Source: Firmicutes bacterium UBA5324 (GTDB taxonomy: Bacteria > Bacillota > Negativicutes > UBA11029). Taken from it: DNA of 56,146 nucleotides. The stretch is taken from contig DHRA01000025.1 of the NCBI GenBank assembly GCA_002411145.1, positions 1-56,146 on the forward strand, given 5' to 3'. Below the pieces are notes generated by a model. It saw nothing but the letters and a program-made list of their open reading frames with translations. It did not search any database and had not been told where the DNA came from. Positions 10,687 to 20,206 of this stretch are shown here, in pieces; position 1 is the first letter of the stretch; each line of letters opens with the position of its first letter. A program made the position numbers and the translations under genes.

Positions 10687-11271
10687 ATGGGAGAGATGCT
10701 TGAACGGATATATGGTATTTTATTTCAACCGGTCGGGACGCTGCGGGATATTTGCCAGACCCGGCCGCTGAAACAGGCGGTTTTGGTTATCGTCGTGGCG
10801 GCGGTGTTTACGACGTGGACGGGGTATTTTGCGGCGTTGCCCAATAGCATTTTTGTAATTGCGGCGATGGCGGTCACTCTGGCGGTATGGTTCGTGGGCA
10901 GTGCCATAACGCATCTTGTGGCGGAGTTAATGGCGGGAAAGGGCCAGGCTGCGGGATTGTTGGCGGCAAACGGATATGTACAGGTGCTGCGCATTTTTTC
11001 GGTGCCGGTAGTTGTGTTGTCATCCCTGGCGCCTGCACCCCTTAAGGTGGGCATATTATTGTTAGGCAGTACCGGCCTTTTTGTCTGGGAAGTGGTGCTG
11101 ACGGTGATTGCGATCCGTGAGAACTATGGCTTTTCCAACAAGAAGGCCTGCTTAACGCTGGTGGTGCCTTATCTCGCTGTTTTCCTGGTTTCGTGCGCCT
11201 TTGCGGCGGTGATCGCCAAAGTATTTTTGCAAAGCATGGCCCAAAGGGGGCTGGGCGGGATCATGCCCTAG
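10687..11271 (+). CDS. Yip1-domain integral membrane protein
   Basis: 194 aa from the ATG at 10687 (AAAGGAGG at 10671-10678). N-terminal ILFQPVGTLRDI followed by about 5 TM helices. Confidence 0.6.
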   Translation: MGEMLERIYGILFQPVGTLRDICQTRPLKQAVLVIVVAAVFTTWTGYFAALPNSIFVIAAMAVTLAVWFVGSAITHLVAELMAGKGQAAGLLAANGYVQVLRIFSVPVVVLSSLAPAPLKVGILLLGSTGLFVWEVVLTVIAIRENYGFSNKKACLTLVVPYLAVFLVSCAFAAVIAKVFLQSMAQRGLGGIMP

Positions 11272-11310
11272 CCGCGCGACTTGGCCGTATTAGCTTCGGA
11301 GGTGCTCTAG

Positions 11311-13683
11311 ATGCGAAAAGGTTTGCTCTTTTTTTTGATTTTACTGGCCGGTGCGGGCATTGCCTGTTTCGCCGCGGCCGACAAAGGGCCGGAGACTGCT
11401 CCCGAAGGTAGATCTCCGGCGGAACAGGAACTTATTGTCAACGGGACATTCACGGACGGTATCCGGGGCTGGCAGCTGGACAGCAGCGGCGCCAAGCCAA
11501 ATTTTCAAATCATAAATATTAACGGCGTGCCCGGACAGGTGCTGGCTCTCACGGCGGAAAACCGGGGGGTTGCCCGTTTATCCCAGCAGGTAAAGACACC
11601 GACGCCTTTTGTCCGCGTACGCTTTAAGGCGAATTTCCTGTCCACCCAGGGCAACGGATATGTCAGCGTGGCGGCCCTGGGCGACGACAATCAGCCCTTG
11701 GCCCGCTTCGGCTGGGTGGTAACCGGTGAACTGCCGCCGGCGGCCGGCAACGAGAAGTGGGAAGACCGGCGTGAACCGTTGAATACACTGGGAAAATGGC
11801 TGGAAGAGGACTTTCTGTTGGGGGAGCGGCTGCAAGCGGAGTTTCCCCAGCTTGATTACCGGCAAATCCGGGGTTATCAAGTGGACTTGGTAGTGTCCGG
11901 CGGCCAGCACGGGGTATTGGCTGATGTGCATTTGCTTGCCCGGCAACGGGCCGGGCTGGGGCTGGAGGTCATGCAGGATCAGGCAGGCCGGACTTTAAAT
12001 GAAGATTTTACGATTACCACCAAGATTGGTAACACAGGCGAAAACGTCCAGCAAGCGGTCACGGTGCGGGCGGTTGAGCCCGTCGGCTGGGGTTTGGTCG
12101 TGCGGGAACCGGTGCAAACCATCGAGACAATCGCCCCGGGGGAAACGAAAGTATTAAATTGGACCGTGCGGGCGCAGCGTCCCTCCACGGTAAATTTCGG
12201 AAGACCCTGGGAAATGCTGTTCCAGATAGAGGGTGGGACCCAGCAGGCGAAGGCGGTCGTGGCGGTGGAGGACCCCGCGCCGGGGAAAATCTATTACGTG
12301 CTGACGGATGACCTGGAGCCCATGGACGGGGCCGGCTATGCCGAAGCATACGGCAATCAGAATGCCTGGCTGGATCCCGAGGAATTTAAAGTTCAACTGG
12401 TAGAGAAAGCGGAGCGGTTGAACGCCATTGCGCAGTCCCATGGCGCGAAGTGGTCCCATTATATTGCCTGGCCGGCCATAACCGGTGCCGAGTGGGCCGC
12501 CGCGCAATCAAAAACAGGGGCCTGGCCCGCGGTAATCGACGCAATTAAAGATTCGGTGCGGACCCAAGCGGCCCAGGGACATGAATACGCCATTCATATG
12601 CATAGCGATTATGATCCGCGTTTTCCGGACACCATCCTGCGGTATGATACCGGTACCGACGGTTTTTGGGCAAACCATCGCCGGCATGGCTGGGCACATA
12701 ACCTTCCCGCGCTGGGCACACCGGAAGAAGTGGCTACCCGTACCGGTTCTTTATATTATTATCAGGCCCGGCTGACAGAACTGCTGCGGGGTTCCGGACA
12801 GGGCCAAACGGTTGCCGCCCGCCTGGGCTCCTTTGACTTCGGGGATGTACCGCCGGAAGAGGCCAAATCAATGGAAGCCTACCGGCGCGCAGGTTTAATG
12901 GCCGGCAGTGACGCCGATGGCAACAAGGGCGGCATGACCGCGGCGGACTTTACTAAAAGCCTGTACTTCACCAGGGACGACGATATCAATACGCCCGCCG
13001 ATGATTTGCAAAAAATCGGTATATTGCAGTTCAAACCCAATCCGCAAAAACATCTCGCTTTTGACAGCGATGACGCGGATCAATTAAATGGGAAAGTAGC
13101 GGCGGGCATTGCCGCCTTTACCCGGCAGGGCAAAACCGCGCCGGGCGTTCACGCCATCGTGGGGTTTACCCACGCCATGTTTGTGATGGGCGAGGGAGAC
13201 TGGCGAAGCCTGCAGGGCGGACAATTTTCCCAAATCGAACGGCATCTGGCTTTTGTCCAGGAGAATTTTGTGCAAACGGGCCTGCTGCAATTTGCCACCT
13301 CATCGGAATTGGCGAAAGCTTACTGGGATTATTATACGCCCGTGCTGACGGCGGTTTACGGGCCGGAACGGCAGGAGGGGAGAGGAACCTTTGTTTATCC
13401 CCTGCAATTGCTGGGCGCGCAAATACCGGTTGATGCGGCGCATACACACCGGGTCACCATGAAATATCCCTTGTATTTGCGGGCTGGAGCCTATAAAATT
13501 GAGGTGCGTAAAAACGGGCGGACGATTATGAAAACCTGGGGGGTACCCACACCCTTTAACGATATTGTGTTTGATGTGGACGACCGGGCAGCCGCCTATA
13601 CACTGCATATCTACGCGGACGAAACCACCGGCAAAGTGGTCAGGGCGCTCCGCTGGCTGCGTCAGAAAATAAAGTTTTTTTAA
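11311..13683 (+). CDS. large secreted protein (signal peptide, CBM-like jelly-roll, NEW3/CARDB-like domain, possible metal-dependent barrel)
   Basis: 790 aa with RBS GGAGGTG. Signal peptide MRKGLLFFLILLAGAGIACFAA. ELIVNGTFTDGIRGW is typical of CBM4_9-like modules. TKIGNTGE...PVGWGL...APGETKVLNWTV is CARDB/NEW3-like. Function is unknown. Confidence 0.65.
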   Translation: MRKGLLFFLILLAGAGIACFAAADKGPETAPEGRSPAEQELIVNGTFTDGIRGWQLDSSGAKPNFQIININGVPGQVLALTAENRGVARLSQQVKTPTPFVRVRFKANFLSTQGNGYVSVAALGDDNQPLARFGWVVTGELPPAAGNEKWEDRREPLNTLGKWLEEDFLLGERLQAEFPQLDYRQIRGYQVDLVVSGGQHGVLADVHLLARQRAGLGLEVMQDQAGRTLNEDFTITTKIGNTGENVQQAVTVRAVEPVGWGLVVREPVQTIETIAPGETKVLNWTVRAQRPSTVNFGRPWEMLFQIEGGTQQAKAVVAVEDPAPGKIYYVLTDDLEPMDGAGYAEAYGNQNAWLDPEEFKVQLVEKAERLNAIAQSHGAKWSHYIAWPAITGAEWAAAQSKTGAWPAVIDAIKDSVRTQAAQGHEYAIHMHSDYDPRFPDTILRYDTGTDGFWANHRRHGWAHNLPALGTPEEVATRTGSLYYYQARLTELLRGSGQGQTVAARLGSFDFGDVPPEEAKSMEAYRRAGLMAGSDADGNKGGMTAADFTKSLYFTRDDDINTPADDLQKIGILQFKPNPQKHLAFDSDDADQLNGKVAAGIAAFTRQGKTAPGVHAIVGFTHAMFVMGEGDWRSLQGGQFSQIERHLAFVQENFVQTGLLQFATSSELAKAYWDYYTPVLTAVYGPERQEGRGTFVYPLQLLGAQIPVDAAHTHRVTMKYPLYLRAGAYKIEVRKNGRTIMKTWGVPTPFNDIVFDVDDRAAAYTLHIYADETTGKVVRALRWLRQKIKFF

Positions 13684-13710
13684 AGAAATAACTTTTCTGC
13701 CATTCTCTGG

Positions 13711-13740
13711 AAAGGAATTTGTTGCCCGGGTGACGAATTA
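13711..13740 (+). promoter_or_regulatory. sigma-H-type promoter with overlapping Spo0A-box-like TGACGAA, upstream of spo0F
   Basis: aaAGGAatt (13711-13719), 12-nt spacer, gacGAATta (13732-13740). This is a full match to the RNAGGAWWW-N11-12-RNNGAATWW consensus as I recall it. TGACGAA (13731-13737) fits the TGNCGAA 0A box. Confidence 0.5.
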
Positions 13741-13791
13741 CCAATAAAACTTTTCAACTTTTCAGACAGTGAGGCATGGGAGGAATTTCTT

Positions 13792-14187
13792 ATGAACGGG
13801 AATATTACGATCATGGTGATTGACGATCAGCCGGGTATTCGACGCCTGCTTGCGGAAGTTCTGCAAGAGGACGGCTATAACGTTGCCATCGCAGCAAACG
13901 GATATGACGCCCTACATAAAGTAAAGGAAATCACCCCGCAACTTATACTCATGGATATGAAAATGCCCGGGATGGATGGTTTGGAAACATTCCGGGAACT
14001 GAAAAAAGCAGGTAAAGCGGAACGGGTAATTATGATGACGGCCTATGGTGAATTGGAGCTTGTCAAGGAGGCTCTGAACCTGGGGGCGTACAAATATATT
14101 ACCAAACCCTTTGATATCAACGTGATCAAAAAAATTGTGGCAGAGGCGGTAAATGCCGAGCAATGTGACTCATTAAAGATTGGCTAG
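13792..14187 (+). CDS. spo0F: sporulation initiation phosphotransferase F (single-domain response regulator)
   Basis: 131 aa. DDQPGIRRLL...LMDMKMPGMDGLE...MTAYGELELV...KPFDI closely tracks B. subtilis Spo0F. The synteny with pyrG and tal also fits. Confidence 0.85.
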   Translation: MNGNITIMVIDDQPGIRRLLAEVLQEDGYNVAIAANGYDALHKVKEITPQLILMDMKMPGMDGLETFRELKKAGKAERVIMMTAYGELELVKEALNLGAYKYITKPFDINVIKKIVAEAVNAEQCDSLKIG

Positions 14188-14451
14188 CGCGGACAAAACG
14201 GAGCTAAGTTACGGGGAGGGCGGAAGAACCTGCTTTTCCTCCTTTTCCGTATGCTATTAGGGATGTCCCCGGAATTTGAATCAGGGCTGCAAACCCTTCA
14301 GCTATTTTCAAGGACAATGTATATTAGAGTACCGGTTAGGCAAAAAATAAAGGGGCTTACAGCAGATCCGTTCAGTAATATTTGGCTTTAGGGGAAGGAT
14401 TTTGCTCTGGAGTGAAGAATTCTAGGGTAAAGGATAAGGGGGGACTCCATA

Positions 14452-15081
14452 ATGCTCGTCACTGCCAATACGACACTGGCTTTGTTTTGTTCACATTGCG
14501 GGAAATTGACCTATCATGATATTTCCATCTTTCAATTTTCCGGCAACAACAGTGTCAGCATTTATTGTGAATGCGGTGAAATAAAAGCGACAGTGATTTC
14601 TAAGAGGCATAGGCAGTATCTGCTTCATATAGATTGTGTCGTTTGTGAGATTAAACATATCATTCCCTTTTCCGCAGACCAGTTTTGGGCTGATGAAGTG
14701 ACGCGCATTAATTGTTCCGACGTTACTTTGGAGCTTGGGTTCCTTGGTCCGCGGGAGTTGGTGGAAGAGGCGGTAAATAAATGCCATCACGAATTACAGG
14801 ATATCATTCGTGAATTAGGCTTTGACGACTACTTTGTCAACCCCGAGATTATGTATGAGGTATTAAATGCAATCCATGACATCGCCGAAAAAGGCGGGCT
14901 GTATTGCCAGTGCGGCGCTACCCAGATTGGTGTGGACATCCTGCCCGAAGAACTTGAATTAACATGCAATGCCTGCCACGGTGTGCTGCACATTCCCGCA
15001 AGGACAGAGGGGGATTTGCTCGCCCTCCGCAACGCGGGCAGTATTGAAGTGCCGGAAAAACGTCGGCGCCGGAAGAAATAA
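14452..15081 (+). CDS. Cys-rich (multiple CxxC) hypothetical protein
   Basis: 209 aa. Five CxxC/CxC pairs (CSHC, CEC, CVVC, CQC, CNAC) and a basic tail RRRRKK. It occupies the position of ywjG next to spo0F. Confidence 0.55.
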   Translation: MLVTANTTLALFCSHCGKLTYHDISIFQFSGNNSVSIYCECGEIKATVISKRHRQYLLHIDCVVCEIKHIIPFSADQFWADEVTRINCSDVTLELGFLGPRELVEEAVNKCHHELQDIIRELGFDDYFVNPEIMYEVLNAIHDIAEKGGLYCQCGATQIGVDILPEELELTCNACHGVLHIPARTEGDLLALRNAGSIEVPEKRRRRKK

Positions 15082-15124
15082 TCTGCATTGAAGAACCTGT
15101 TTTCTAGCAGAGAGGAGGGTCATT

Positions 15125-15772
15125 ATGCGGTTTTTTCTTGACACTGCGAATATAGCCGAACTCATGGCGGCGGAAAAACTCGGGATCATGGCCGGAGTCA
15201 CGACTAACCCGTCATTAATAGCCGCCGAGGGAAGGAACATAAAAGAGGTAATCCAGGAAATATGCCAGATAACCGCAGGACCGGTTAGTGCTGAAGTTAT
15301 CGCAGCCGATGCGGAAGGCATGATTGAGGAAGCCCGTGAACTCGCGGCGATTGCGGCCAATGTGGTCGTGAAAATTCCCATGACTGCCGAAGGGTTACAG
15401 GCTGTGCACGTATTGGCGGAGGAAAGTATCCAGTCCAACGTTACGCTCGTTTTTTCGGCCAACCAGGCGCTGTTGGCCGCTCAGGCCGGAGCGGCTTATG
15501 TGAGTCCTTTTGCCGGCCGGTTGGATGACATCGGCTACGATGGTATCGCCTTGGTGCGTCAGATTGTGGATATATTTGAATTGCATGGTATTCTGACGGA
15601 AGTAATCGCGGCCAGTATTCGTCATCCCCTGCATGTGACACAGGCTGCGGAGGCGGGAGCGCATATTGCTACGGTACCGTATAAGGTGCTCCGGCAAATG
15701 ATAAATCATCCGCTGACGACCAGCGGAATCGAAAAATTCATGGCCGACTGGGCGAAAGCAAATAAAACTTAA
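15125..15772 (+). CDS. tal: short-type transaldolase / fructose-6-phosphate aldolase
   Basis: 215 aa. [15 protein letters not shown], the catalytic KIP lysine context (VVKIPMT) and SPFAGRLDD. Confidence 0.92.
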   Translation: MRFFLDTANIAELMAAEKLGIMAGVTTNPSLIAAEGRNIKEVIQEICQITAGPVSAEVIAADAEGMIEEARELAAIAANVVVKIPMTAEGLQAVHVLAEESIQSNVTLVFSANQALLAAQAGAAYVSPFAGRLDDIGYDGIALVRQIVDIFELHGILTEVIAASIRHPLHVTQAAEAGAHIATVPYKVLRQMINHPLTTSGIEKFMADWAKANKT

Positions 15773-15777
15773 ACATT

Positions 15778-15852
15778 GAGGAATAGGGAATAGGGGGTAG
15801 GGGCACAGGGAAAGGCGAAGGCCTGCCCTTTGCCCCCCACTCCCTACTCCCT
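15778..15852. repeat. family A hairpin repeat
   Basis: gaggaatagggaatagggggtaggggcacagggaaaggc - gaa - gcctgccctttgccccccactccctactccc. It fills the tal-glpX spacer. Confidence 0.65.
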
Positions 15853-15874
15853 TTATTAAAGGGAGTGGAAATTA

Positions 15875-16843
15875 GTGGAACGGGAATTGGCTTTAGAGTT
15901 TGTGCGTGTGACGGAGGCTGCGGCCATTCAAGCCGCACGCTGGATGGGGAAGGGCGATAAGAATGCTGCCGATGGCGCCGCCGTTGAAGCCATGCGCGCG
16001 GCCTTCAATACAGTAAACATTGACGGTATCGTGGTCATCGGCGAGGGAGAAATGGACGAAGCGCCCATGCTATATATTGGTGAACGTGTGGGTGCCGGCG
16101 GCGGCGATTTGGTGGATATAGCCGTCGATCCCCTGGAGGGTACCAATCTGGTGGCTAAAGGGCTGCCGAATTCCATTGCCGTCATGGCCATCGCGGAGCG
16201 CGGCACTTTATTGCACGCCCCCGATATGTATATGGATAAAATTGCTGTAGGACCCATGGCCAAAGGCAAGATTGATATTACGAAACCCCCGCGGGAAAAT
16301 GTGTATAATGTGGCCGAAGCGCTGGGGCGTATCCCGGAAGAGATTACAGTCGTAATCTTAGACCGGCCCCGTCATGAAAAAATAATCCAGGACGTACGCA
16401 CTACCGGCGCCAGGGTAAAGCTGATCAGTGACGGTGATGTCTCGCCGGCTATCTCCGCGGCCATCGAGGGGACCGGCGTCCATATGTTATTGGGTATCGG
16501 CGGCGCGCCGGAGGGGGTTATCGCCGCGGCGGCGCTTAAATGTCTGGGTGGTGACATGCAAGGACGTTTATATCCTGAGAGCGATGCGGAAATTAACCGG
16601 GCGAGATCAATGGGTATTGCTGATATTAACCGGGTTATGACCCTTGACGATATGGTAAGAACAGAAGACGTAATGTTCGCGGCGACAGCCATAACCGATG
16701 GAGATATGCTGCAGGGTGTGAGCTTTTTCCCCGGGGGAGCCCGTACACGCTCCATTGTCATGCGTTCCCGGACAGGGACGGTGCGTTTTGTGGACGCAGT
16801 GCACAAGCTGGATCGAAAACCCCTCTTTATCAGACGTTGTTAG
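15875..16843 (+). CDS. glpX: class II fructose-1,6-bisphosphatase
   Basis: 322 aa with a GTG start. LALEFVRVTEAAA, GKGDKNAADGAAV, GEGEMDEAPML and DPLEGT motifs. Confidence 0.95.
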   Translation: MERELALEFVRVTEAAAIQAARWMGKGDKNAADGAAVEAMRAAFNTVNIDGIVVIGEGEMDEAPMLYIGERVGAGGGDLVDIAVDPLEGTNLVAKGLPNSIAVMAIAERGTLLHAPDMYMDKIAVGPMAKGKIDITKPPRENVYNVAEALGRIPEEITVVILDRPRHEKIIQDVRTTGARVKLISDGDVSPAISAAIEGTGVHMLLGIGGAPEGVIAAAALKCLGGDMQGRLYPESDAEINRARSMGIADINRVMTLDDMVRTEDVMFAATAITDGDMLQGVSFFPGGARTRSIVMRSRTGTVRFVDAVHKLDRKPLFIRRC

Positions 16844-16892
16844 CCGTGTATAATGGAGAAAGAAATTCTGGCATCCATTAGGCGGAGGGAAA

Positions 16893-17339
16893 ATGCTGCG
16901 ACGGATTAAACGATATTTGCGGTACGAATACTTACTGTTTATGCGCCTGCGGGGAAACCCGCTCCAAATTGCCAGGGGATTCGCAGTGGGGGCTTCCATT
17001 AATTTTCTCCCCACCCTTGGCGCAGGCATATTTCTCGCTTATTTTCTGGCGGGCTTGTTGCGGACAAACCGGACGGCAACCATCATGAGTACATTGGCTG
17101 TAAAGCCGGCTTTTCCCCTGCTTTACGCATTAAATATTGTGGTAGGTGATTTTTTGCTGGGATATGAGGATGAGGGACTGTGGGCATTGGCGAGACGTTC
17201 CTTTGATTGGCAGATGATTGTCCACACGGGAGTAAGCTTTTTGCTGGGGAGCATGGTCAATACATTGCTTTTTGGCTTGGTAAATTACTATCTGGTTCTT
17301 TACGGGGTGAAAAAATACCGCGGCCGGCAACATGTTTAG
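16893..17339 (+). CDS. DUF2062-family membrane protein (paralogue of 846-1295)
   Basis: 148 aa. GNPLQIARGFAVGASINFLPTLGAGIFLAYFLA. Confidence 0.7.
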   Translation: MLRRIKRYLRYEYLLFMRLRGNPLQIARGFAVGASINFLPTLGAGIFLAYFLAGLLRTNRTATIMSTLAVKPAFPLLYALNIVVGDFLLGYEDEGLWALARRSFDWQMIVHTGVSFLLGSMVNTLLFGLVNYYLVLYGVKKYRGRQHV

Positions 17340-17367
17340 AGTGCGCTTAGGCGCACTCTATTTTTTG
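17337..17367 (+). terminator. rho-independent terminator
   Basis: tagagtgcgc-ttag-gcgcactcta followed by TTTTTT. The stem includes the stop codon. Confidence 0.75.
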
Positions 17368-17448
17368 CATATTTTGCCTCTTTTCTGGACATAGTAAGTA
17401 ACGTATGGCCGATTATTCCAGAAAAAAATGGCAAATGAGGTGAAATAT

Positions 17449-18342
17449 GTGATTCATAGATGGAGGAAATATCTGGGGTTTTTGTTGTGCTGCGTCATTG
17501 GTTCGGTATTGGGCGCCTTTTTGTGCGCGCAAGGCTTATGGCCGCTGCAGCCAAGGGTAGATCCCCAGGCTTTTGTATCCTCACCCGGGCCCGCTGTGCA
17601 GCAGGAAATGAGCCGGCCCGCGCCGGCCCGCCCTCTGGTCACCACGTATACAGTAAAAGAGGGGGATAATCTTTTTGATATTGCCAGGAAATACGGTATT
17701 GACACAGATACCCTCCGGGGCGGCAATCCCGAACTGGTTAACGAGGTCATTCACCCGGGCCAACAATTAAATATTTTGGCGGAAAAAGGGATTTTGCATA
17801 CCGTTAAGCCTGAACAAACTATCTGGAGTATTGCCAGACAGTATGGAGCCGATTGGCAGAAAATAGTGGCTGACAATCCGGACTTGGATGCCGACGCTTT
17901 GCATCCGGGGGAGAAAGTGTTCGTGCGGGGCGCAACGCTCCATAACGAAAGGGAAGTATCACGGGGCACCGTGGAGCTGATTTTTGGCTGGCCGACGCCC
18001 GGTACGATTTCTTCAGCCTTTGGCTACCGGTGGGGGGCAATGCATACCGGTATTGACATTGCCGCCGATACGGGGCAAACGATCCGGGCCGCGCGGAGCG
18101 GCCGTGTTACCCATGCGGGCTGGCTGGGCGGCTATGGTCTGACGGTCATCGTGGATCACGGGCGGGGCTGGGAGACATTATACGGTCACGCCAGCAGTCT
18201 TTATGTCGGCGCAGGTGAGGTCGTACAAAGCGGGCAGCCTTTGGCCGCGACGGGAAGTACAGGCAACTCCACCGGACCGCACCTCCATTTTGAGGTGCGG
18301 AAGCAGGGTGTGCCCGTGAATCCCCTGCCGTTTTTACCGTAG
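17449..18342 (+). CDS. LysM-domain M23 metallopeptidase
   Basis: GTG at 17449 is 6 nt after GAGGTG; the alternative ATG at 17428 has no RBS. One TM helix, two LysM repeats (YTVKEGDNLFDIARKYG; HTVKPEQTIWSIARQYG) and an intact M23 site (HTGIDI ... GPHLHFEV). Confidence 0.85.
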   Translation: MIHRWRKYLGFLLCCVIGSVLGAFLCAQGLWPLQPRVDPQAFVSSPGPAVQQEMSRPAPARPLVTTYTVKEGDNLFDIARKYGIDTDTLRGGNPELVNEVIHPGQQLNILAEKGILHTVKPEQTIWSIARQYGADWQKIVADNPDLDADALHPGEKVFVRGATLHNEREVSRGTVELIFGWPTPGTISSAFGYRWGAMHTGIDIAADTGQTIRAARSGRVTHAGWLGGYGLTVIVDHGRGWETLYGHASSLYVGAGEVVQSGQPLAATGSTGNSTGPHLHFEVRKQGVPVNPLPFLP

Positions 18343-18361
18343 AAAAACCAGAAGAATTGAT

Positions 18362-18430
18362 AACCGCAGAGATGCAGAGGACGCAGAGGGGGTTAATAAT
18401 AATTCCTCGCGTTTTTCTGCCTCTGCGGTT
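18362..18430. repeat. family D hairpin repeat (CGCAGAG units)
   Basis: aaccgcagagatgcagaggacgcagaggggg - AT loop - cctcgcgtttttctgcctctgcggtt. Confidence 0.6.
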
Positions 18431-18467
18431 AGTTTTTGTGAAAGGTTTATTGTCTAGGGCATGAAGC

Positions 18468-18593
18468 AAGGTAGGGTGGGCAGTTTGCCCACGCGGGCGT
18501 AGGCGGTAATGCAGGAAGACGATTTGCACGGAATGTGCAAGGGATCGGTACGCGGATGCTTCTGCAGGGCCGGGGTGGCCCACCCTACGCTTG
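18468..18593. repeat. family B repeat, long form
   Basis: caaggtagggtgggcagtttgcccacgcgggcgtaggcgg ... ggggtggcccaccctacgcttg. The first 70 nt parallel 20041-20110. Confidence 0.55.
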
Positions 18594-18744
18594 TTGGCGC
18601 ATTTATTCTGTACGAATCCTCGGATCAGTGCTAAAATAAGCTGGACGAATTGAGTTTAACGTATATTAATGCGGGAAAGTTGCGGGGTTCGGGCCGGAAC
18701 GAAAGGGAGAGAGTCCTACCCCCTCGCTGCGGGAGGGTTTATAC

Positions 18745-19986
18745 TTGTATACGCTTTTGTATGCCGACAAGAAAGGTAACATCTTTGATGCGCCGGGCTT
18801 GCCCGCCTGGGGAAGAAGCGGTCGGGAGACCGTTATGCTGCAGGAGGCGGATCTGCAGGAGGCGGATCTGATTCCCCTGCCGGAAGGGTCGGATCTGATG
18901 TTTTTGCCCGGACGCAAGGCGTGGACGCAGCAAGGACGCTCGCCGGGCCTGGCAGTGGCGGCGGTTTTGCCTGCCGGTTATACCCGCACCTGGTTACCCG
19001 CTTTTACGCGGGGGAAGGATGCGCCTGTTTTACCCTTGTATGGGTATACGGCGGCGGCCTTGAAGGAGGACGGGATTTATGTTGCGGCGGTAAAGACCGA
19101 TGAGGACGGCCGCTGGAATCCGCTGCGTTACAATACCAAACAATTGAAAAAGCTGGTACAGGATACGCTGCGGCGCCGGCCGGAGAACCGTGTATACCGG
19201 CAATTGGCCCATTGTTCATTGGCGTACCATTGCTGTACCGCGCAAAATATTTTCTACGGGCGCTGGGAAGCGGGCCTGCCCGTATCGCCGGTCTGTAATG
19301 CGCGTTGTTTCGGCTGTATATCCCTGCAGCCGGCGGAATGCTGTCCCGCGCCGCAGAGCCGGTTAGACTTTGTACCCTCGGTCAGCGAAATGACCGAGGT
19401 TATGCTTAATCACCTGGGTAATGCGCCGGAGTCCATTATTAGCTTCGGGCAGGGTTGTGAGGGTGAGCCCAGTCTCCAGGCCGGGCGGATTTCCCAAGCC
19501 ATAAGAGAGGTACGGCGGCAAACGGCGCAGGGGGTTATTAATCTCAACACGAATGGGGGCTTTACCGCCGGCATCAGGGAAATTTGCGCGGCCGGGCTGG
19601 ATAGTATCCGGGTGAGCCTGATCAGTGCCCGGGAAGAGGTATATAACGCGTATTACCGTCCGGTGGATTACACCCTGGGTGATGTGGTGCATTCCTTGCA
19701 CACTGCGAAAGAACATGGCGTGTATGTTTCTTTAAATTTGCTTGTTTTTCCGGGCTTGACGGACCGGGAGGAGGAAGTTGCGGCTTTAGAGGATTTACTG
19801 GCGGCCACAGGGTTGGATATGATTCAAATGCGCAACTTAAATGCGGATCCCGATGAAATCCTGCGGCTTATGCCGCCGGCCCGGGGCAAGGCCATAGGGA
19901 TCCGCGCATTTATGCAAAGACTGCAAGAGCGATTTCCGGAGCTGCAGCTTGGCAGCTACAGCAAGTTTTTGGGGAATAGGGGGTAG
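18745..19986 (+). CDS. radical SAM domain protein
   Basis: 413 aa with a TTG start 7 nt after GGGAGGG. CNARCFGC gives the CX3CX2C cluster motif. The GQGCEGEP and NTNGG patterns are typical of radical SAM cores. Confidence 0.75.
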   Translation: MYTLLYADKKGNIFDAPGLPAWGRSGRETVMLQEADLQEADLIPLPEGSDLMFLPGRKAWTQQGRSPGLAVAAVLPAGYTRTWLPAFTRGKDAPVLPLYGYTAAALKEDGIYVAAVKTDEDGRWNPLRYNTKQLKKLVQDTLRRRPENRVYRQLAHCSLAYHCCTAQNIFYGRWEAGLPVSPVCNARCFGCISLQPAECCPAPQSRLDFVPSVSEMTEVMLNHLGNAPESIISFGQGCEGEPSLQAGRISQAIREVRRQTAQGVINLNTNGGFTAGIREICAAGLDSIRVSLISAREEVYNAYYRPVDYTLGDVVHSLHTAKEHGVYVSLNLLVFPGLTDREEEVAALEDLLAATGLDMIQMRNLNADPDEILRLMPPARGKAIGIRAFMQRLQERFPELQLGSYSKFLGNRG

Positions 19987-20164
19987 GGAGTGGGGAGTAG
20001 GGAATGGGGAGTAGGGAATGACGGCACCCTGCGGGTGCCATACGTAGGGTGGGCAATTCCTTGCCCACGCGGGCGTAGGACGTGTCGTAGAATCACGATT
20101 TACCTGAACGCGGCAAGTCTTGCGCAAAGCGTCCCCCACTCCCCATTCCCCATTCCCCACTCCC
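19971..20164. repeat. family A hairpin repeat, long composite copy
   Basis: 50-nt purine arm (19971-20020: ggggaatagggggtagggagtggggagtagggaatggggagtagggaatg) and pyrimidine arm (20131-20164: gtcccccactccccattccccattccccactccc). The loop contains a 7-bp GC hairpin (20023-20039) and a family B copy. Confidence 0.65.
20041..20082. repeat. family B repeat nested in the family A loop
   Basis: tacgtagggtgggcaattccttgcccacgcgggcgtaggacg. Confidence 0.55.
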
Positions 20165-20206
20165 GGCCTTTTCCCCCACTTCCGCACAAAAAATTTGTGC
20201 CTGTTG

